Of a DNA stretch of 64,000 nt, positions 24,501-37,657 are shown one piece after another. The DNA is from Blasia pusilla (Eukaryota). A model generated the notes under the pieces. It did not search any database. It was not told the origin of the DNA and saw nothing but the letters and a program-made list of their open reading frames with translations. Each line of letters starts with the position of its first letter. Within the stretch, counting starts at the first letter, position 1. A program made the position numbers and the translations under genes. The stretch spans positions 12,710,001 through 12,774,000 of the forward strand of contig CM114271.1 in the NCBI GenBank assembly GCA_050084515.1, read 5' to 3'.

Positions 24501-27500
24501 TGAGGCTGACTATAACATGTTAGTACCTGAAAACTAAAGACTTAACTTGTCTCCTATAAATATCTCCAAAACTCCAGTACACATAGAGGGTGGGCATTTC
24601 ATTTTGTTCAAGTAGCAGATTTCATCTTATCACAGATGAATTTACACACCAACATGCAAGGAAACTCACCTGCAGACAAAAGAGCCTCCACAACAGGGCC
24701 TTTCCCAGCACTCACAGCTGAATGAAGAGGAGTCCAACCCTCTTCATCACTTGCGTTGATTCCACTTGCGTTAGCATCAATGCCATCGCTAAGCAAGCTT
24801 ACAATCTGTTTTCAGTACCACGATTCAATAATGCTTCTTGGACAAGACATGAAGTTTGCTTTCCTAGCTGAAGAGTCAGCCCTAATCATCCACCTCCTTC
24901 ATGTAATATGTGTGCTTACAACCATTGGCCACTTCAGTGCATGTGTGATGAGAATCCTGTCCATTGGTCTGTTGGGTTCCTTTACTATACTAAGAATATG
25001 CGTTAGGCAAAACTCATTTTGTGAGGTAAGGGGTACAGATTCAGCCAACCCAATTGTGGACCACTGAAAGTGTCTCCCTATACTAGTGAAGGCAAGCACT
25101 CATTCAGTGGAACAAGAAAGGAGAGAGACGTGAAACAATGAATGAATAGGTTTATTGTCCACGGGGGCCCCACAGGGCCATGGGACTTAGTTTTGCAATA
25201 ATAACAGCAATTTGAAGAAAGACCCACCAAAGCACCAACAAGGGCTTAAGAGGTCCTTTGTGCCAGGTGAGTTTCCCTAGTCTTCACACAACAATGCAAG
25301 AATTTAGCAATCAGAATCTGATCCTGCCTAGCCATGAATTCGGAGACCCTGATGGCCGGGTGAGCAAAGAGATCTGGGAAGTCAAGTCTAATGTTATTGT
25401 GAAAGGTGCAGTGGAAGAGGTAATGATGTTTCATCATCAAGGGACCCCAAGTTGCAAAATCTACGTTATCTGTCCTCTCTTCTCTTCTGTGAGAATTCTC
25501 CTTTCTCAAACTCAAGGTCAGTTAGACCGCATTCAAATCTCGCAAATCCATGCCATATCTTAGTGGGAATAGGGGCAGAGAAGAAAGAGGCCTGCTTCAT
25601 GGAACTGTCAGTATTCATGCAGATGTGGTAACACCTCATCAGTTCACAAATTTTTTTAGAGGGAATAAATCTATAAAAAATTGTGAATGTTCTCCCAGTG
25701 CCCATGAGAACCACCTTCCTTCTCTAGGTGAAATGTGGTTGCAGTGTAGTTGCTCCGACAAGTCCTGGTTGGTGGCAGTTGGCAGGTCACTGATTGAAAT
25801 GCCCCACTTCATGAGCCATTCCTTGCAGTCATAATACCATTTGCCCCGGCGACTACACTACTCTTAGAGAATTCAAAATCTCTGGCTGCGTTTATCTCTG
25901 GCTGCAACGCGATTGGGATCGTGCTCACAAATATGCTGAATGCGTTCAAGGGATGTGATCAGATTTTAAATAGCATGAATCTCCATTGGAACCTCACCTA
26001 AAACAGCCAGTACTATGTCATGGGGAGTTTTCCTAATGCCCAAGCTCTGTTGCATGAAGAGCTTCTGAGAGCCCTCTAGACCTTGAGGCCATGCCTTGAG
26101 GCTGCAGCACTTCAGAGGCATAAAGTGTGGCCAGGATCAGCAAAGCTTTGAAGAGATGGAGTCTTTTGGTGAAATATGCCACAATTCCATCTTTCTGCAG
26201 TTGGATTGCAGCAAGTGTAAACACCTCAATCCTGCATTGATTTTGCTGTGACTTCCATTAGTTCTCCATTGGTTGTTGGGTTTGAGCTGTAACTCAAGGT
26301 AGATGTACTCACCCACAACCTTATTCCCTGGCTGAACATAAAAGTGTTTTACCTTTGTGCAGTTGAGAGAGAATGTACTCATGAAGTAGTCCCTGCCATA
26401 GCCTTGCCACCATAGACCCCACGCCCGGTTAGATGGTTTAGAGAAACTCTACTCATTAGGTCTGGTTTAGAGTATTTTAGAATTAAGAATAAGATTTCCG
26501 GTCCACCAGAAGCTTACTGGCCTATGGGACCCCTTCCATATCTGTGACAGTGACTTTGTATCCGACAGTCACCTTCATCTAGAGTTCAAACACTTCTGTT
26601 TTGGGTTCCTATGGAGGAGATTTGTTTTTTCAGTGTAGGTCTGGATTTCTTTCCAAATTATTGACCCAGGAGCATAGTCAAGTTATACACATGAAAGGCA
26701 CACAAGGCATACTGTGTCTCAAACATTCCTCATCCATGCCCTAGGTAGGGAACGCCACTGCCCTGGGGTTCAGACTGCCCCCCACTGTCCAAGGAGAAGG
26801 TTGAACCGGAGACCTCTTTGCGAAGATCTTATAAGAAATGAGAGGCAGAGAGAAACGAGGAAACACCTCTAAGGACAACAAGAATAGAAGGACCCCGCTT
26901 GATGTTTGTCCCAACCTAGCAACCAAATAGGAAGAAAGATATAAATAGCCTAGGGTTAGAGTTGGAGTGTGAACCATGGCTACCATGCTTCCTGTTATGT
27001 TGAGATGCCTTCTATGGCAACACCTCCCATGATAAATGAGAAAGGGATCATCCCTTCCTTTGCCTTCACTTAGGATGGTCTCATCAGATTCAAACTTTTG
27101 AACACTGATTACAATCCTTCCTAGACATTATTCTTCTGGTATGATTGCCAGTTCTTAGTGTCCTCAATGGACACTAAGAACTGGTAATCATACTAGCGTA
27201 ATTTCTATGCCAGCTCTTTCTTTCTCCCATTGGCACAAGTCACAAAGAGATATTCTTGTCCCTTGCTGGGCGGGGCCTTAAGTGCTATGATGTGAGGCAC
27301 ACATTGAAGATATTCCATGTCAAATTTTCCTGAAGAGATAACACTCTGTATATACAGTGAGACCGTTGAGGCAGTGTCGATTGAGCTCTCACTCCAAGGA
27401 ACCTTGGTTGAGGGAAGATTGGAGGTGCAGTTATCTAACACATAAGATAGATCAAAGTTGACCATGTCTTGCGGGCAAATACAACAGTGATTTCCACATT

Positions 27501-30073
27501 TAATTGAGTAAAGGACCAATCCACGGAAGAAAATTAGTGGTTCAGAGGGATGGGTCTTGGGTGACTTGACAGTGAGTGCTCCGGTAAAGTCACTGAGAAC
27601 TTGAGCCAAGTCAGGTACTGAATGGTAGATCACCACTAGATCAGATGTAGATGCATAATAAACTGATCTTGGCCGATGGTTACATGGTGAAGTGAATTAG
27701 TAGAGAGCACTGGGAATCAGTAAAGATTCAACTATTATTGCAACCACTCTTGAACTATAGAAAAGTTCAAGATAACTATAAGTGAAGGCTCAAACTGGAC
27801 AAGATGAAGACTCTTAACGATTGTTACATTACTTGTATGATTAGAATAACAAAAAAGTTCATGATATTCACTGAAAGTCCTGCATTATGACCTGCACCAT
27901 ATAAGAATAGGTGGTAAAGTTCAAACAGCGACATGTTAGATTCTATCTTGCACCCTTGTATTAACACAATCATTCTCATCACAACAATGTCTAACTCCCA
28001 TCCAGTCCATGCTCAGGGCAATTTTGGTTAAAGTTTCTTTAACACGTCGCCATAGTTGTGACATTGTCCTCTTGAGTGGATGCCATTGCACTCTCTGGAA
28101 AATATCTAGATAACATGCGAAACCTCCCAAACATCTTGTAAGGGTGCCTGGAATCACTCTTGGTTGCATCGGAAACCCAGGACCATGGGACAGATTGTCA
28201 AATAATAAGATAGCATGTGAGAAGTTTAGAAATAAAATACAGCAGCCCTAACTACACAGTGGCTTTCCCAGTTCAAAGGATGTTTGGAGTTCTCAAGAAA
28301 CTTCTCGTTTATGTTCTTGACTTGGATGTCATTTGGGAACAAGACTCTAGACACACCTCCCAACACTTTTGACACAAAAGAGGGACTGATGAACAGGTGT
28401 GTCTGCCTAACAATCCCATAGAGTCACCCTTAGATGTCAGATGTTTGTAAAGCAAGTCCCTTGTAGACCGTTCCGGGGCATACTCTCTAGATGATATTTC
28501 AGCGATCATGCACTAATCCAGACGAGATTTCTCACGTTGGAATTTGGTTTGGATATGACAGGCAATCCAGGAGCGACACAGCACACAGATCATTCATGAC
28601 AGGTCAGATAGTCTCCTGATGGCGTGGACTCGGTATGGTTGCCATAAAAATTGTGGACACAATTTTACCACTGCCTGTCCACAAGACTGGGAATTGGGAA
28701 AACCTTCATTTCGTGGTTCTAGGATGCAAGCAGACGGTCCACCAAAAACTTTGGAGTCACTCCCCTGTTTCCTGATATGTCTGAGCATCTCAGAATGGCA
28801 TGAATTTGGTTTGGTTTCCACAAAATATATGGGCAAAGTTCTACCACTGCCTGTTCGCAAGACTTGGCATGGGGAACCCTATATCTCTTGTACACTGTGC
28901 AGACAGAAGGACCAAAACCAAAAATTTCGGAGTAACTCACCTCCTTCATAATGTGTCAGGTCATCTCATGCTTGGCGTTCATTGATCTGGTTTTCATTAA
29001 ACTGGCTTCCCCATGGACTAGAAACGGTAAACCCCTCAATTACTGGCTCCAGGACACAATCATAATGATCACACAAGAAATGATTCACATCTCTACTCCA
29101 GACTCGGATCCACCTTCAAGAACGTACCCTTTTCCGGATTTGTGTTGCCGGAATGCGAATAGAAAATCCTCTGGCAAACAGGAGTTTGATTTTGGTCCTT
29201 TACGTGCTCCCCATCGCGGATTCCAGAAGTAGCACTGCCTACGCAGGGTCCAAAACTCGGGGTGCAGGCATCCAATCTCGCGACGAGGAGGAGGAGGAGG
29301 AGGAGGTGAGTCCAGTTTCCGAGAGGAAATGACGATGCGGGCACTACACGATTCATCGATTATGCACTTCTAGGTGCTCAAGGAGACTCTAGGACATGGA
29401 AAAGTGGAAAATCATTTCCTCACTCCTCAACGACTAAACACTTATCTGTTACCCGAAGGATCTACTGATATATATGAGATTCATTACGTTTCCGATATGA
29501 TCGCCCTAAGTCAGAGATGAAGGTAAGACGCGGGGGAGATGAATTCTCTGACAGATTCAAAGCGCTTGGTCTTCGTTGTTGTCATGAATTTTTAGCGAGA
29601 AAATTCAATGGTGCAGCGAATTCGCCCGTTCTCAGGTTCCCGGGAAGGACAAGTATATTGGACCTCTCTTGACATTTCCTCTGGCATAGACCCTCCGTTT
29701 CACAAGCAGAGCAAGAAGAGAGACGGTGGTGTGGTCGGACTTAACCAGAACCTTGCTATTCGTCGGAAATTATGGATCAAACAGAGCTGCCCGAGGGAAA
29801 AGAAGGCTGAACCTGAGTGTGTCCAGCGGCAGCCGCAACATGTAAAATTGATCTCCCATCTTCGTTCCTAAGAGTCAGTGCTTTGAGTATCTCCACCTCT
29901 GGAAACTTCTGAAAGTACGCACGATCGCCGTTGGCAGCTGCTTCGAACAATTCCTCATCCTGAGGCTTAGTAGGATTGGTTTGTGCATCTGACATGTTCA
30001 CATCCCCGGAAGCTAACGCAGTCTGATGCTGAACTGGTTGTAAGGTAGACATTCTGTCCGAATTGCTAGACAT
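21511..30073 (-). CDS. PSMD10: 26S proteasome assembly chaperone gankyrin/PSMD10 (Nas6)-like ankyrin-repeat protein, 5 exons
   Basis: Exons 30073(or 30052/29995)-29813, 24805-24670, 24250-24126, 23318-23172, 21645-21511. All junctions are GT-AG with consistent phases. Spliced protein: DEELFEAAANG...NEDGRSILHVAA...DEEGWTPLHSA...NNGGRTPLHYAASKG...VGCTPLHRAASAG...GQTPLMHAVIC...VDVEDKEGYSVLGRA...IDAAKALMEG*, matching plant gankyrin homologs. Confidence 0.92.
25250..26400 (-). mobile_element. Degenerate non-LTR (LINE; L2/RTE-like) ORF2 3' end inside intron 1
   Basis: Fragments in order: GEYIYLE (YxYLG-like), LFKALLILATLYASEV, GEVPMEIHA, ARFECG..DLEFEKG...REDR and HYLFHC..IR..FPDLF (C-terminal zinc knuckle region). 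Confidence 0.6.
27136..27196. repeat. 28-bp-arm inverted repeat, 5-nt loop
   Basis: CTGGTATGATTGCCAGTTCTTAGTGTCC-TCAAT-GGACACTAAGAACTGGTAATCATACTAG; two mismatches. Confidence 0.9.
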
Positions 30074-30338
30074 CCTCGCTCCTAATCTCACTCAAATTGC
30101 GATTGATCTGAACCAGCTTGGAACATTGTTGTCGTCGACGACATTGAAATCTGGCTAGAGCTCTTTGAATTTGCTTGGTTCGAGGGGTCTTGTGAGAGCT
30201 TCCGCGTCATCTACCACCTGAACCTAACTGCATCTGTCGAGCGCCGAGAGGATGCTTGGATAGTCTGAAGACCCGTTCCTCACAAGAAAACAGTTCTGCA
30301 TATTTCCCGCGACGAATGTTAGACTCGGTCAACTAGTC

Positions 30339-30369
30339 AACCCTAAATAGCTCGAGACTTTTTAGGGTT
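30339..30369. promoter_or_regulatory. Pair of telo-box-like motifs upstream of the gankyrin gene
   Basis: AACCCTAA at 30339 and TTAGGGTT at 30362, about 270 bp upstream of the first ATG. Telo-boxes are known in plant housekeeping promoters, but the motif is short. Confidence 0.3.
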
Positions 30370-31984
30370 GTGTCTGCACCGACTTGAACTGGAGTCCTGG
30401 ACAGAGCTGCGATCTCGTGCCCGGCATGCGGACTTACTTGAAAGACTCGTGGCAGATGGCTGCCAATCAGCCCCTGTAATTGGTTACCTTGTGTCCGTCT
30501 TCCTGACAGCTCTTGAGACCTTCCTGCACGTTTCGCTCCACGATTGAAAAAATTAACACGCGAGAGCACCTAGCGTAACTATTGAAGGGTCAAAGTTTCT
30601 GATTGTAGGTATGTTTTCTCACGTAATTGCGTTTTAAATGTGCATGTATTCAACAATTGTTACAAGCTTCGCCGTTGCTCATTGAAGTTTATTGCCTCGT
30701 CGGTAGAACACTCCAAGAATTAGCGCAGTGGAAGGGACAAATTTTCCTCGTTTCCCACCGTGTAGAAAATCCCACACCCTCCGCACTACAGACGTGTAGT
30801 CTTTAGAAGGTCATTGTACTTTCTGCAGACTGAATACTCAACTATCCATAGGCTTCTGCGCTATGGATAGTTGAGGACTGCACTTGCACGATTTTGGTTC
30901 GCTGGTTTCGAGGCGATTTATCTCCCACGGTCAGCCCACGGGCTTGCCAACTGGCTTCATCAAGGAAAACCGAGACACACTGTTCGGTAATGGGAATTGC
31001 AGGAGACAACCATGTGAAGTCTGCTCGAGTGAAATAGAGGTCTTCAGCAACCTCTTCCCTTTATCCGGGAAAGCGACTCAGACTGTTGACAATGGTATTT
31101 GCAGGAGAGACCCTTGTGCAGCTAGCTCGCGTGAAATAGAGGTCCTCGGAGTGCTTTACCCACTCACGTTTGCACTGTTTACGAACAGCTTTGGCCACGT
31201 GTTGTGGAAAAATGTGGTGTTCGAATGCTGCTTTTAAACACGCGATCCATCTACTTATTAAGGTCTTCCTTGATATCAGAGTCCATTAGCAAATATCGAA
31301 CACCCATGACATGAGCGGCATTCAACTGTTGTCTGACCTGAGCTGTAAGTGATTAGGTCACGTCATAACATCAAATCTACGAAACTACGATTTCGGTGTG
31401 TGTTTTACACCGAGATAGAGAATTTGAAGATTCAAGGTGACTCCAACGGTTAGTTGTACCGATCACGTTCACTATCGATTGAACCAACTGTTACGTAACT
31501 TGGCAGGCGAGGCTCACCTGTTCCGTCCAAGGCCTACCAGTTGAAAATAACTGACCCGGAGAAGAGAAATTAGGTCATTGACGACATGAAACTTTGCCAG
31601 TAAGTGCTTACCACAGAAAATACACATGCTGACCAACTACTACCTGATGAACCTGAAATGGCCGACTAATCAACAATGTACTGGTACACTACTGTGGGAA
31701 AGTGGAACAAACAATTGAACTCTATATTCCTCCAAGCTAGTCTTCTTACCGCGATTACGGCAATTGCATGCTCGTGGACCTGGCGAACTGATGGCCCAAA
31801 CGCAGCTCAACAAGTGCACGTCTGAAGTAACGGAGCAACAGAGAATATCGGGATAAATTACCGGACGCATCACAATCTCTGGAGTACAACAAAAGGGTAC
31901 ATATAGCAATCAAACAATACAAGCACACATTTTCCCTTCTGGGAAACTACTACACCAACCTTAAAGCACTATCAGAAATTGTGC

Positions 31985-32424
31985 AAGGATATGCTCGAAA
32001 CAGGTTGCGTCATCACAAAATTTCAGCTTTTAGAATTCGGTCAATACACAATATACAGACTCCTCCACCATCTCAACCGTTTTCTCATGGAGGGGAGGCG
32101 ACGGACATCACGCCTCCAAATTTAAAGCAGCGGAACAAGCCCGATACACAGCAACCTTTAACCATGCACTAGGAATTTGACTCGGGGAGAACATGAGATG
32201 AAGAAAGGATATGCTCGAAACAGGTTGCGTCATCACAAAATTTCAGCTTTTAGAATTCGGTCAATACACAATATACAGACTCCTCCACCATCTCAACCGT
32301 TTTCTCATGGAGGGGAGGAGACGGACATCACGCCTCCAAATTTAAAGCAGCGGAACAAGCCCGATACACAGCAACCTTTAACCATGCACTAGGAATTTGA
32401 CTCAGGGAGAACATGAGATGAAGA
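31985..32424. repeat. Tandem duplication, 2 x 220 bp
   Basis: 31985-32204 and 32205-32424 differ at two positions that I can see (GAGGCG/GAGGAG, CTCGGG/CTCAGG). Confidence 0.95.
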
Positions 32425-32852
32425 AAATCCCACCCAACAGTTCTTCGTTTTCGAAGCAAAGGTTTTTTCAGAAAGACCTAGACAGAAAATAGGTAGTGAC
32501 AAAGTGCCAGAGTTCGACCGAGTCACATCAGTCACATCCTAATCCAGAGAACGAGATACAACAATATGCTGAAGAGTAGTCTCAACGCACGACATGTCCT
32601 CGAGTTTCTACCGAGTTTCTACAAACTGGTTACAGCACTCTGCGAAGGACGAAAGTAGTCTAAGTCACAGGTGACTTCCAAGGAGTACATAGGGGGGAAG
32701 GCAACTCAGAGTGGCAGAGACGAAGAAGGCAGTTCCATGTATTAAAGATAGTTATTATCTATACATGAGAAATGTTGTTGAACGTTGGATATTTATGCAC
32801 AAGGACAAGAGTATGATGGCATTTAAAGTTGGTATCTTCAATGAATGTGAGT

Positions 32853-34826
32853 TTAGAAGACGGCTGATTCAGCCTTTTCCCCGTTCCCGGCATTGCGCAA
32901 GTATGACCGCCTGTAAGCAAAGCCGTGATTGTCGCTTGAACCAGTCTGACTCCTCGCCGGATGGTCACGAAAAATTGATAGAAGAGCTACGGCTTTCTCT
33001 CTAGCACGGGGTGTACCATTCTCTGCCAGGCGCTGTAGCGCCTCCAAGATACCGGGTTGCTCCAATACTTGGGATTTGGCCCGTCCACTGTGAGGGGATA
33101 GCTGGAGGAGTGTTGCTGCAGCATGCTCCCGCACCTCGGCCCAGTTCACAGTCCTCTCCTCGCCGCGGACGACTTCATCATCCCTCGTGAGCAATCCCGC
33201 CAGCACCGGGATACCATGCTTCTCTCCAATGGCAGCACGACCCTCCTGAGTGGCTGCAATGTTGCAGAGAATCAAAAGCACCCTACTCACGACATCACTT
33301 CTTTCGTCATGCGCAATCCCTAAAAAAATTGCCACTCCACCGGCTCTGATCAGCTTGCTACGGTTCAGTGGTGAAAAGGATAGATGATAAAGTGCCATAG
33401 CGGCATCCCCCCTCGCCCCATGCTGTTCCGATCGCAACACGTGAATCAACGGGGGAATGGCACCCAACACTCCGATTGCCAGTTTGTTATCGTCGTTGAG
33501 GGCGAGACTGAAGATGGCGCCAGCGGCATGCTCCTGCGCTTCGGAGGCGCCGCTCTTGAGCACGTCAATGAGGGCTGGGATTGCCCCGGCTCGCGCTACC
33601 TTGAGCTTGTTATCTGACTCCAGAGAAATATTCATAACAGAGGCCACAATGTTGACTTGCACCATTGAGTAGCGGGACTGCAAGAGATTCCCAAGAGCAT
33701 TGAGAACATCGGGTTGGCACAAATCCAACCGATTCTGCGCACTAATCCGAGTGAGCCGTCGAATTTCCATCGCTGCCTGTTCCTGCTCCATGATTTGCGT
33801 ATGTTTCAACCCTTGGATCAGACGGTGCACTGTCTCATCGTCCAGGCGTCCATCAATTCCTGCAGAATTCCTGTTTCCACCATTTCGTCCTTCTGAAAGT
33901 AACTCAGCGTCGTAAGATGAAGGGGTGGTCGAGAGGGGCAGCGGTACCGCGGCGCGTGGGCTCTGCGTGTGGTCGTCCTTTCTAGGACCGATAATCATTG
34001 TTGACGAGTGCATGTATCTCATTGGAGGGGTCTCAATTTCGCTGCTGTGTAGCCGACCGGACGGGTTTTTCGAACTACTGCAAATCCCTGATGGGACCTC
34101 CTGATTATCGTCGCTCGTTTCTGCGGAACAGATGACATCTTTGGACTGCAAACTGATGGGAAGATGCTCGGAAGGATGCTCCCCACTTCGAGAGGATATC
34201 GACCGCCTACCGCTTGACGCACTAGAAGAGGGAGTATCAGAAACAAACGCCTTACGGAATCCACATGCGCGATCGACAGCGCTCTTCGCTGCATCCGGAC
34301 TAGGAGGAACAGGTCTGCTAATATTTCGGGAATGACACCAGTTTCCAATGGTCGTCTTCAAAGCCATGTTCGGAATGATAACATTAGGCTGGAGTTCTGT
34401 CCCTGTCACGAAGCACTGGCTGTGGCCAAGTTCGAAGTATATCTCGATAACTTTGCATTCGTATGTGATTCCCGATGATACAAGCACTGGCTCAGCCATG
34501 GGAAGCTTCGAGATTGGACAGTTCCACTCATCCATCCATGCATCTCCTGACGCTTCAAAATCTCCAGAAAAACTACCAGAATGGACCTCTTTCGTTCCAT
34601 CCGTTATTGCCACATTCGGCGGACAGCCTTCATCTCGATGAGGGGCCGGTTGAGCTCGTAAACTATCTGAGACTCCCGCTGAGGAATCACGCGTACTGAC
34701 TGCTTCAGAAGTTTTGACCACCACTACCCCTCTCTTCGCTCTAGGTCTCACAACGTTCGAGAAAAACTTCCGAATCGATCCCTTCTCCGGTTGAGGAACT
34801 TCTGGCCTTTGCATGGCCACCTCCAT
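32853..34826 (-). CDS. Plant U-box / armadillo-repeat E3 ubiquitin ligase (PUB38-41-like), single exon, 657 aa
   Basis: U-box: EWNCPISKLPMAEPVLVSSGITYE...CFVTG...IPNMALKTTIGNWC. ARM repeats: GAIPALIDVLKSG.SEAQEHAAGAIFSLALNDDNKLAIGVLGAIPPL...NGTPRAREKA. Confidence 0.93.
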   Translation of the reverse strand: MEVAMQRPEVPQPEKGSIRKFFSNVVRPRAKRGVVVVKTSEAVSTRDSSAGVSDSLRAQPAPHRDEGCPPNVAITDGTKEVHSGSFSGDFEASGDAWMDEWNCPISKLPMAEPVLVSSGITYECKVIEIYFELGHSQCFVTGTELQPNVIIPNMALKTTIGNWCHSRNISRPVPPSPDAAKSAVDRACGFRKAFVSDTPSSSASSGRRSISSRSGEHPSEHLPISLQSKDVICSAETSDDNQEVPSGICSSSKNPSGRLHSSEIETPPMRYMHSSTMIIGPRKDDHTQSPRAAVPLPLSTTPSSYDAELLSEGRNGGNRNSAGIDGRLDDETVHRLIQGLKHTQIMEQEQAAMEIRRLTRISAQNRLDLCQPDVLNALGNLLQSRYSMVQVNIVASVMNISLESDNKLKVARAGAIPALIDVLKSGASEAQEHAAGAIFSLALNDDNKLAIGVLGAIPPLIHVLRSEQHGARGDAAMALYHLSFSPLNRSKLIRAGGVAIFLGIAHDERSDVVSRVLLILCNIAATQEGRAAIGEKHGIPVLAGLLTRDDEVVRGEERTVNWAEVREHAAATLLQLSPHSGRAKSQVLEQPGILEALQRLAENGTPRAREKAVALLSIFRDHPARSQTGSSDNHGFAYRRSYLRNAGNGEKAESAVF

Positions 34827-36013
34827 CGCCTACGCCTCTCGCACCTGCGTCCCGGTGGTTCCTCAACTCCTCTCTCTCACGGCCCTCAAATCTATGAGAC
34901 TGACTAGCGGGGGATATCGAACGTGTCCATAACGTATATACAACTTGACTTAAGGAGATCATCCATGTCGCCTAGAGTTTAAGACGTTGACAATTGAAAC
35001 TGAACGAGAGAAGACTACGGAGCAGTCTGAGAAACCACAGCAACTACCACACACACACACAGAAAGACGCTAATACCACAGATGGCTGGCGTAAGATAGA
35101 GGGGATAGGTGTAGAGAGTCAGGCAGCGAGCGGAACGGAGTACCTACGAGAAAGCCTCTCTGTGATAGTAGGGAACCGTGCGACACTGACCAAAGCGCGT
35201 TCGGAGTGCTCGGCCGGAAGAATAATAGGACGAACAGAGCTCAACTTCCACACCGATACCAAAATTAGATCGTTAATACAGCATGGACTCTCATTCTTGC
35301 ACATGGCTATCTTCCTTCCACGTCCCGAACGCCTGTATAGAAACAGCAAATTGCACCACTCCCTAACAAATGTTCCAACAACAACAGGTGAAGGAGTCGG
35401 CGAAGCACTTGATCCAAGGGAAACAACAATAAAATAAGTCAGCAGACAGAGCAGACGCGCGGAGCGCGGTTTGAAGCGCAGCGACTGGATGCCAATTGCG
35501 GGCCAGACACACAAGTGACCGAAAGACCCTGACTCCCGGCGCGTCTCCAGTCAAGTCCGCACCTCCCGAGTCAACCCCGGGAAAGCACGATATTCAGACG
35601 GCGGCATACTCCGATCAAGGAACGCACCTGGAAAATTCGCTCCGACGTTCTGACCGTGTTCGGGGATTCAGAGCGAGGCTCCGAGGGCTTCGGAACGAAT
35701 ATTTGACGGCTGGGGTGAGAGGCCGGTCGAGTGACTCTAGTCGACTGGGGTAACCGGGGGCCTATCCGCTCACCACAGTTGACTAACTCTCGTAAATTTG
35801 CTTTGATCATGTTATTAGCATGATATTAGAAGGTGTGTGCGCCAAATTTCTATGTTGGATTAGTTTGTGAAAAATAGGGATGTAGGCTTCGAAATTTACA
35901 TGATTTTAAATGGCATTTTAGGAGACGGAAGAGAACCCCAAATCACTTTAGACTCACAATATGGCCATAATCATAATATCAAAAAAAATTGGGATATTTG
36001 CTTTTAGAAGACA

Positions 36014-36180
36014 CTAGTTAGGACTGTGCTATGCACGCTCTAGTACATAGTCCCTAAAGCCCCGTTACTTGAATGCCCCCTTCCCCCTAGTCTTCCCTGT
36101 ACCCCCAACCCCTACCCATGTCACGTGATGAATTCTCATGTGTCGTCATCTGAAAACCACTCCTCTGTTAATAATATAGA
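36014..36180 (-). mobile_element. Non-autonomous mini-Helitron
   Basis: On the minus strand A|TCTATATTA...hairpin...CTAG|T (A/T insertion site, no TSD); homologous to 37517-37657. Confidence 0.65.
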
Positions 36181-36767
36181 TGCTCTAATAGTAAATTTCT
36201 GTCCGTAAGATTTCATCAGTAAATTGATTAATCTATATTACTATCGGAGAGTGTCTTCTTGTCTTCAAAATATGCTTGCTTGACATGCGACAATTGGGCG
36301 ACAAAAAATTCTCATACTATTATGTGCAAGAAAAAAATGTGAAGTTATCTTGGAGCATGATTAATCCCTTCACTCCAATGCATGGCACTTGTTGCACACT
36401 AGACTTTTGTGACTTTTAACCTTTTTAAATGTTCAAAAAACTTTCTCGAGAAGGCATACAAAAAATTGTGCAAAATTAATTTACATGGGTGTTTCCATAG
36501 AATATTAAAATCTTGAAAAAAAATCATGAATAAAGGAGAACATTTGATTTATGTAAACTCTGTTTTTTCGTTTCAAAATGGGACATGATGGGAGAAATTT
36601 GTGATAGGGTAGTTTCAAGTATAGTCTACGAGTCCAATAGAGAGCTTTTTCATCCTATGAAAGGTGCAAGGCCATGGCATGTCCTTCTTCCAAACATGTA
36701 AATGTAATCTTTCTTCATATGGATTATCAAGACGGAAGATAATTTCATTATTTTTCATTTATTTCTA

Positions 36768-36801
36768 CTAGTTAGCGTGCACATGCTTGAGTGCACGCTA
36801 A
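36768..36801 (-). mobile_element. Additional Helitron-type 3' end (hairpin + CTAG)
   Basis: Perfect 11-bp arms TTAGCGTGCAC/GTGCACGCTAA with an 8-nt loop, abutting CTAG|T on the minus strand. Confidence 0.6.
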
Positions 36802-37516
36802 AAATTATTTTTAATAGTTTAGAAATATTTTTAGTCTTACGTTTTCAATATTATTTTCAATTTTTTAAAATAGTAGTACATTTTCATTTTTTAATTAATT
36901 ACACTCCTAAATTTAATTTTAAATAATATCAAACTCCCCTAAATAATTTTACTCCTCCATGAAAGTTTAAAAAATACCTATTCTTCCCTTCCATTCTTCC
37001 CATCAAAACAACATCCACTTACTAAAATATTTTTAAATTTTAATTAATTAAATAATGTATATTTAACATTAAAATTATTTTTCCTTTCCCAAAATGTCAA
37101 ATATGAATTAATATGATTTTTTTTAAACAAAGATTTTTTAATTTTCAAATTTTAAATATAATTTCTATTTTATTAAATATTAGAAGAGTAATAACATTCC
37201 CCCCTCAATTAAAATTTAAATGATACCCCACTTCCCAAAATAATTCCACCTTTCCATAAAATTTAAAAAATATTTATTCCTTCTCAACTAAAATTAGTTT
37301 TCCCTTCCTATCAAAGATAAATTCATGGGGAAATTTCTAAAATTTTAATATTTTGTCTAGTTATCCCATTTCTCTTATTATGCACCTAGATCATCCCTCA
37401 AAATATAAATTAATCTAATTTAAAAAATAATTTTCTCAATCCACGTAATATTAATTAAGGAAAAAAAATTTCAAACATGTTACCATTTTTTTCTATCCTA
37501 CTATTATTATTGTACA

Positions 37517-37657
37517 CTAGTTAGGACCCATGGTCCCTAAAACCTCGTTACTTGAATGCCCCCCTCCCCCAAGCCCTCCCCTTACCCATACCACGTGGTG
37601 AATTTTCCCGTGTAGCCACCTGAAAACCGCTCCTATGTGAATAGTATATATATAAGA
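37517..37657 (-). mobile_element. Non-autonomous mini-Helitron, second copy
   Basis: On the minus strand A|TCTTATATATATAC...GGACCATGGGTCC hairpin...CTAG|T; aligns with 36014-36180. Confidence 0.65.

Noticed and set aside
33123-34699. Many short ORFs overlapping the U-box gene (similarly 2495-3778 over the first gene)
   Set aside because: Antisense or alternative-frame shadows of long GC-rich CDSs.
36231-36402. Possible plus-strand Helitron (ATCTATATTAC...CTAG)
   Set aside because: The hairpin is weak and CTAG is followed by A rather than T; insufficient support.
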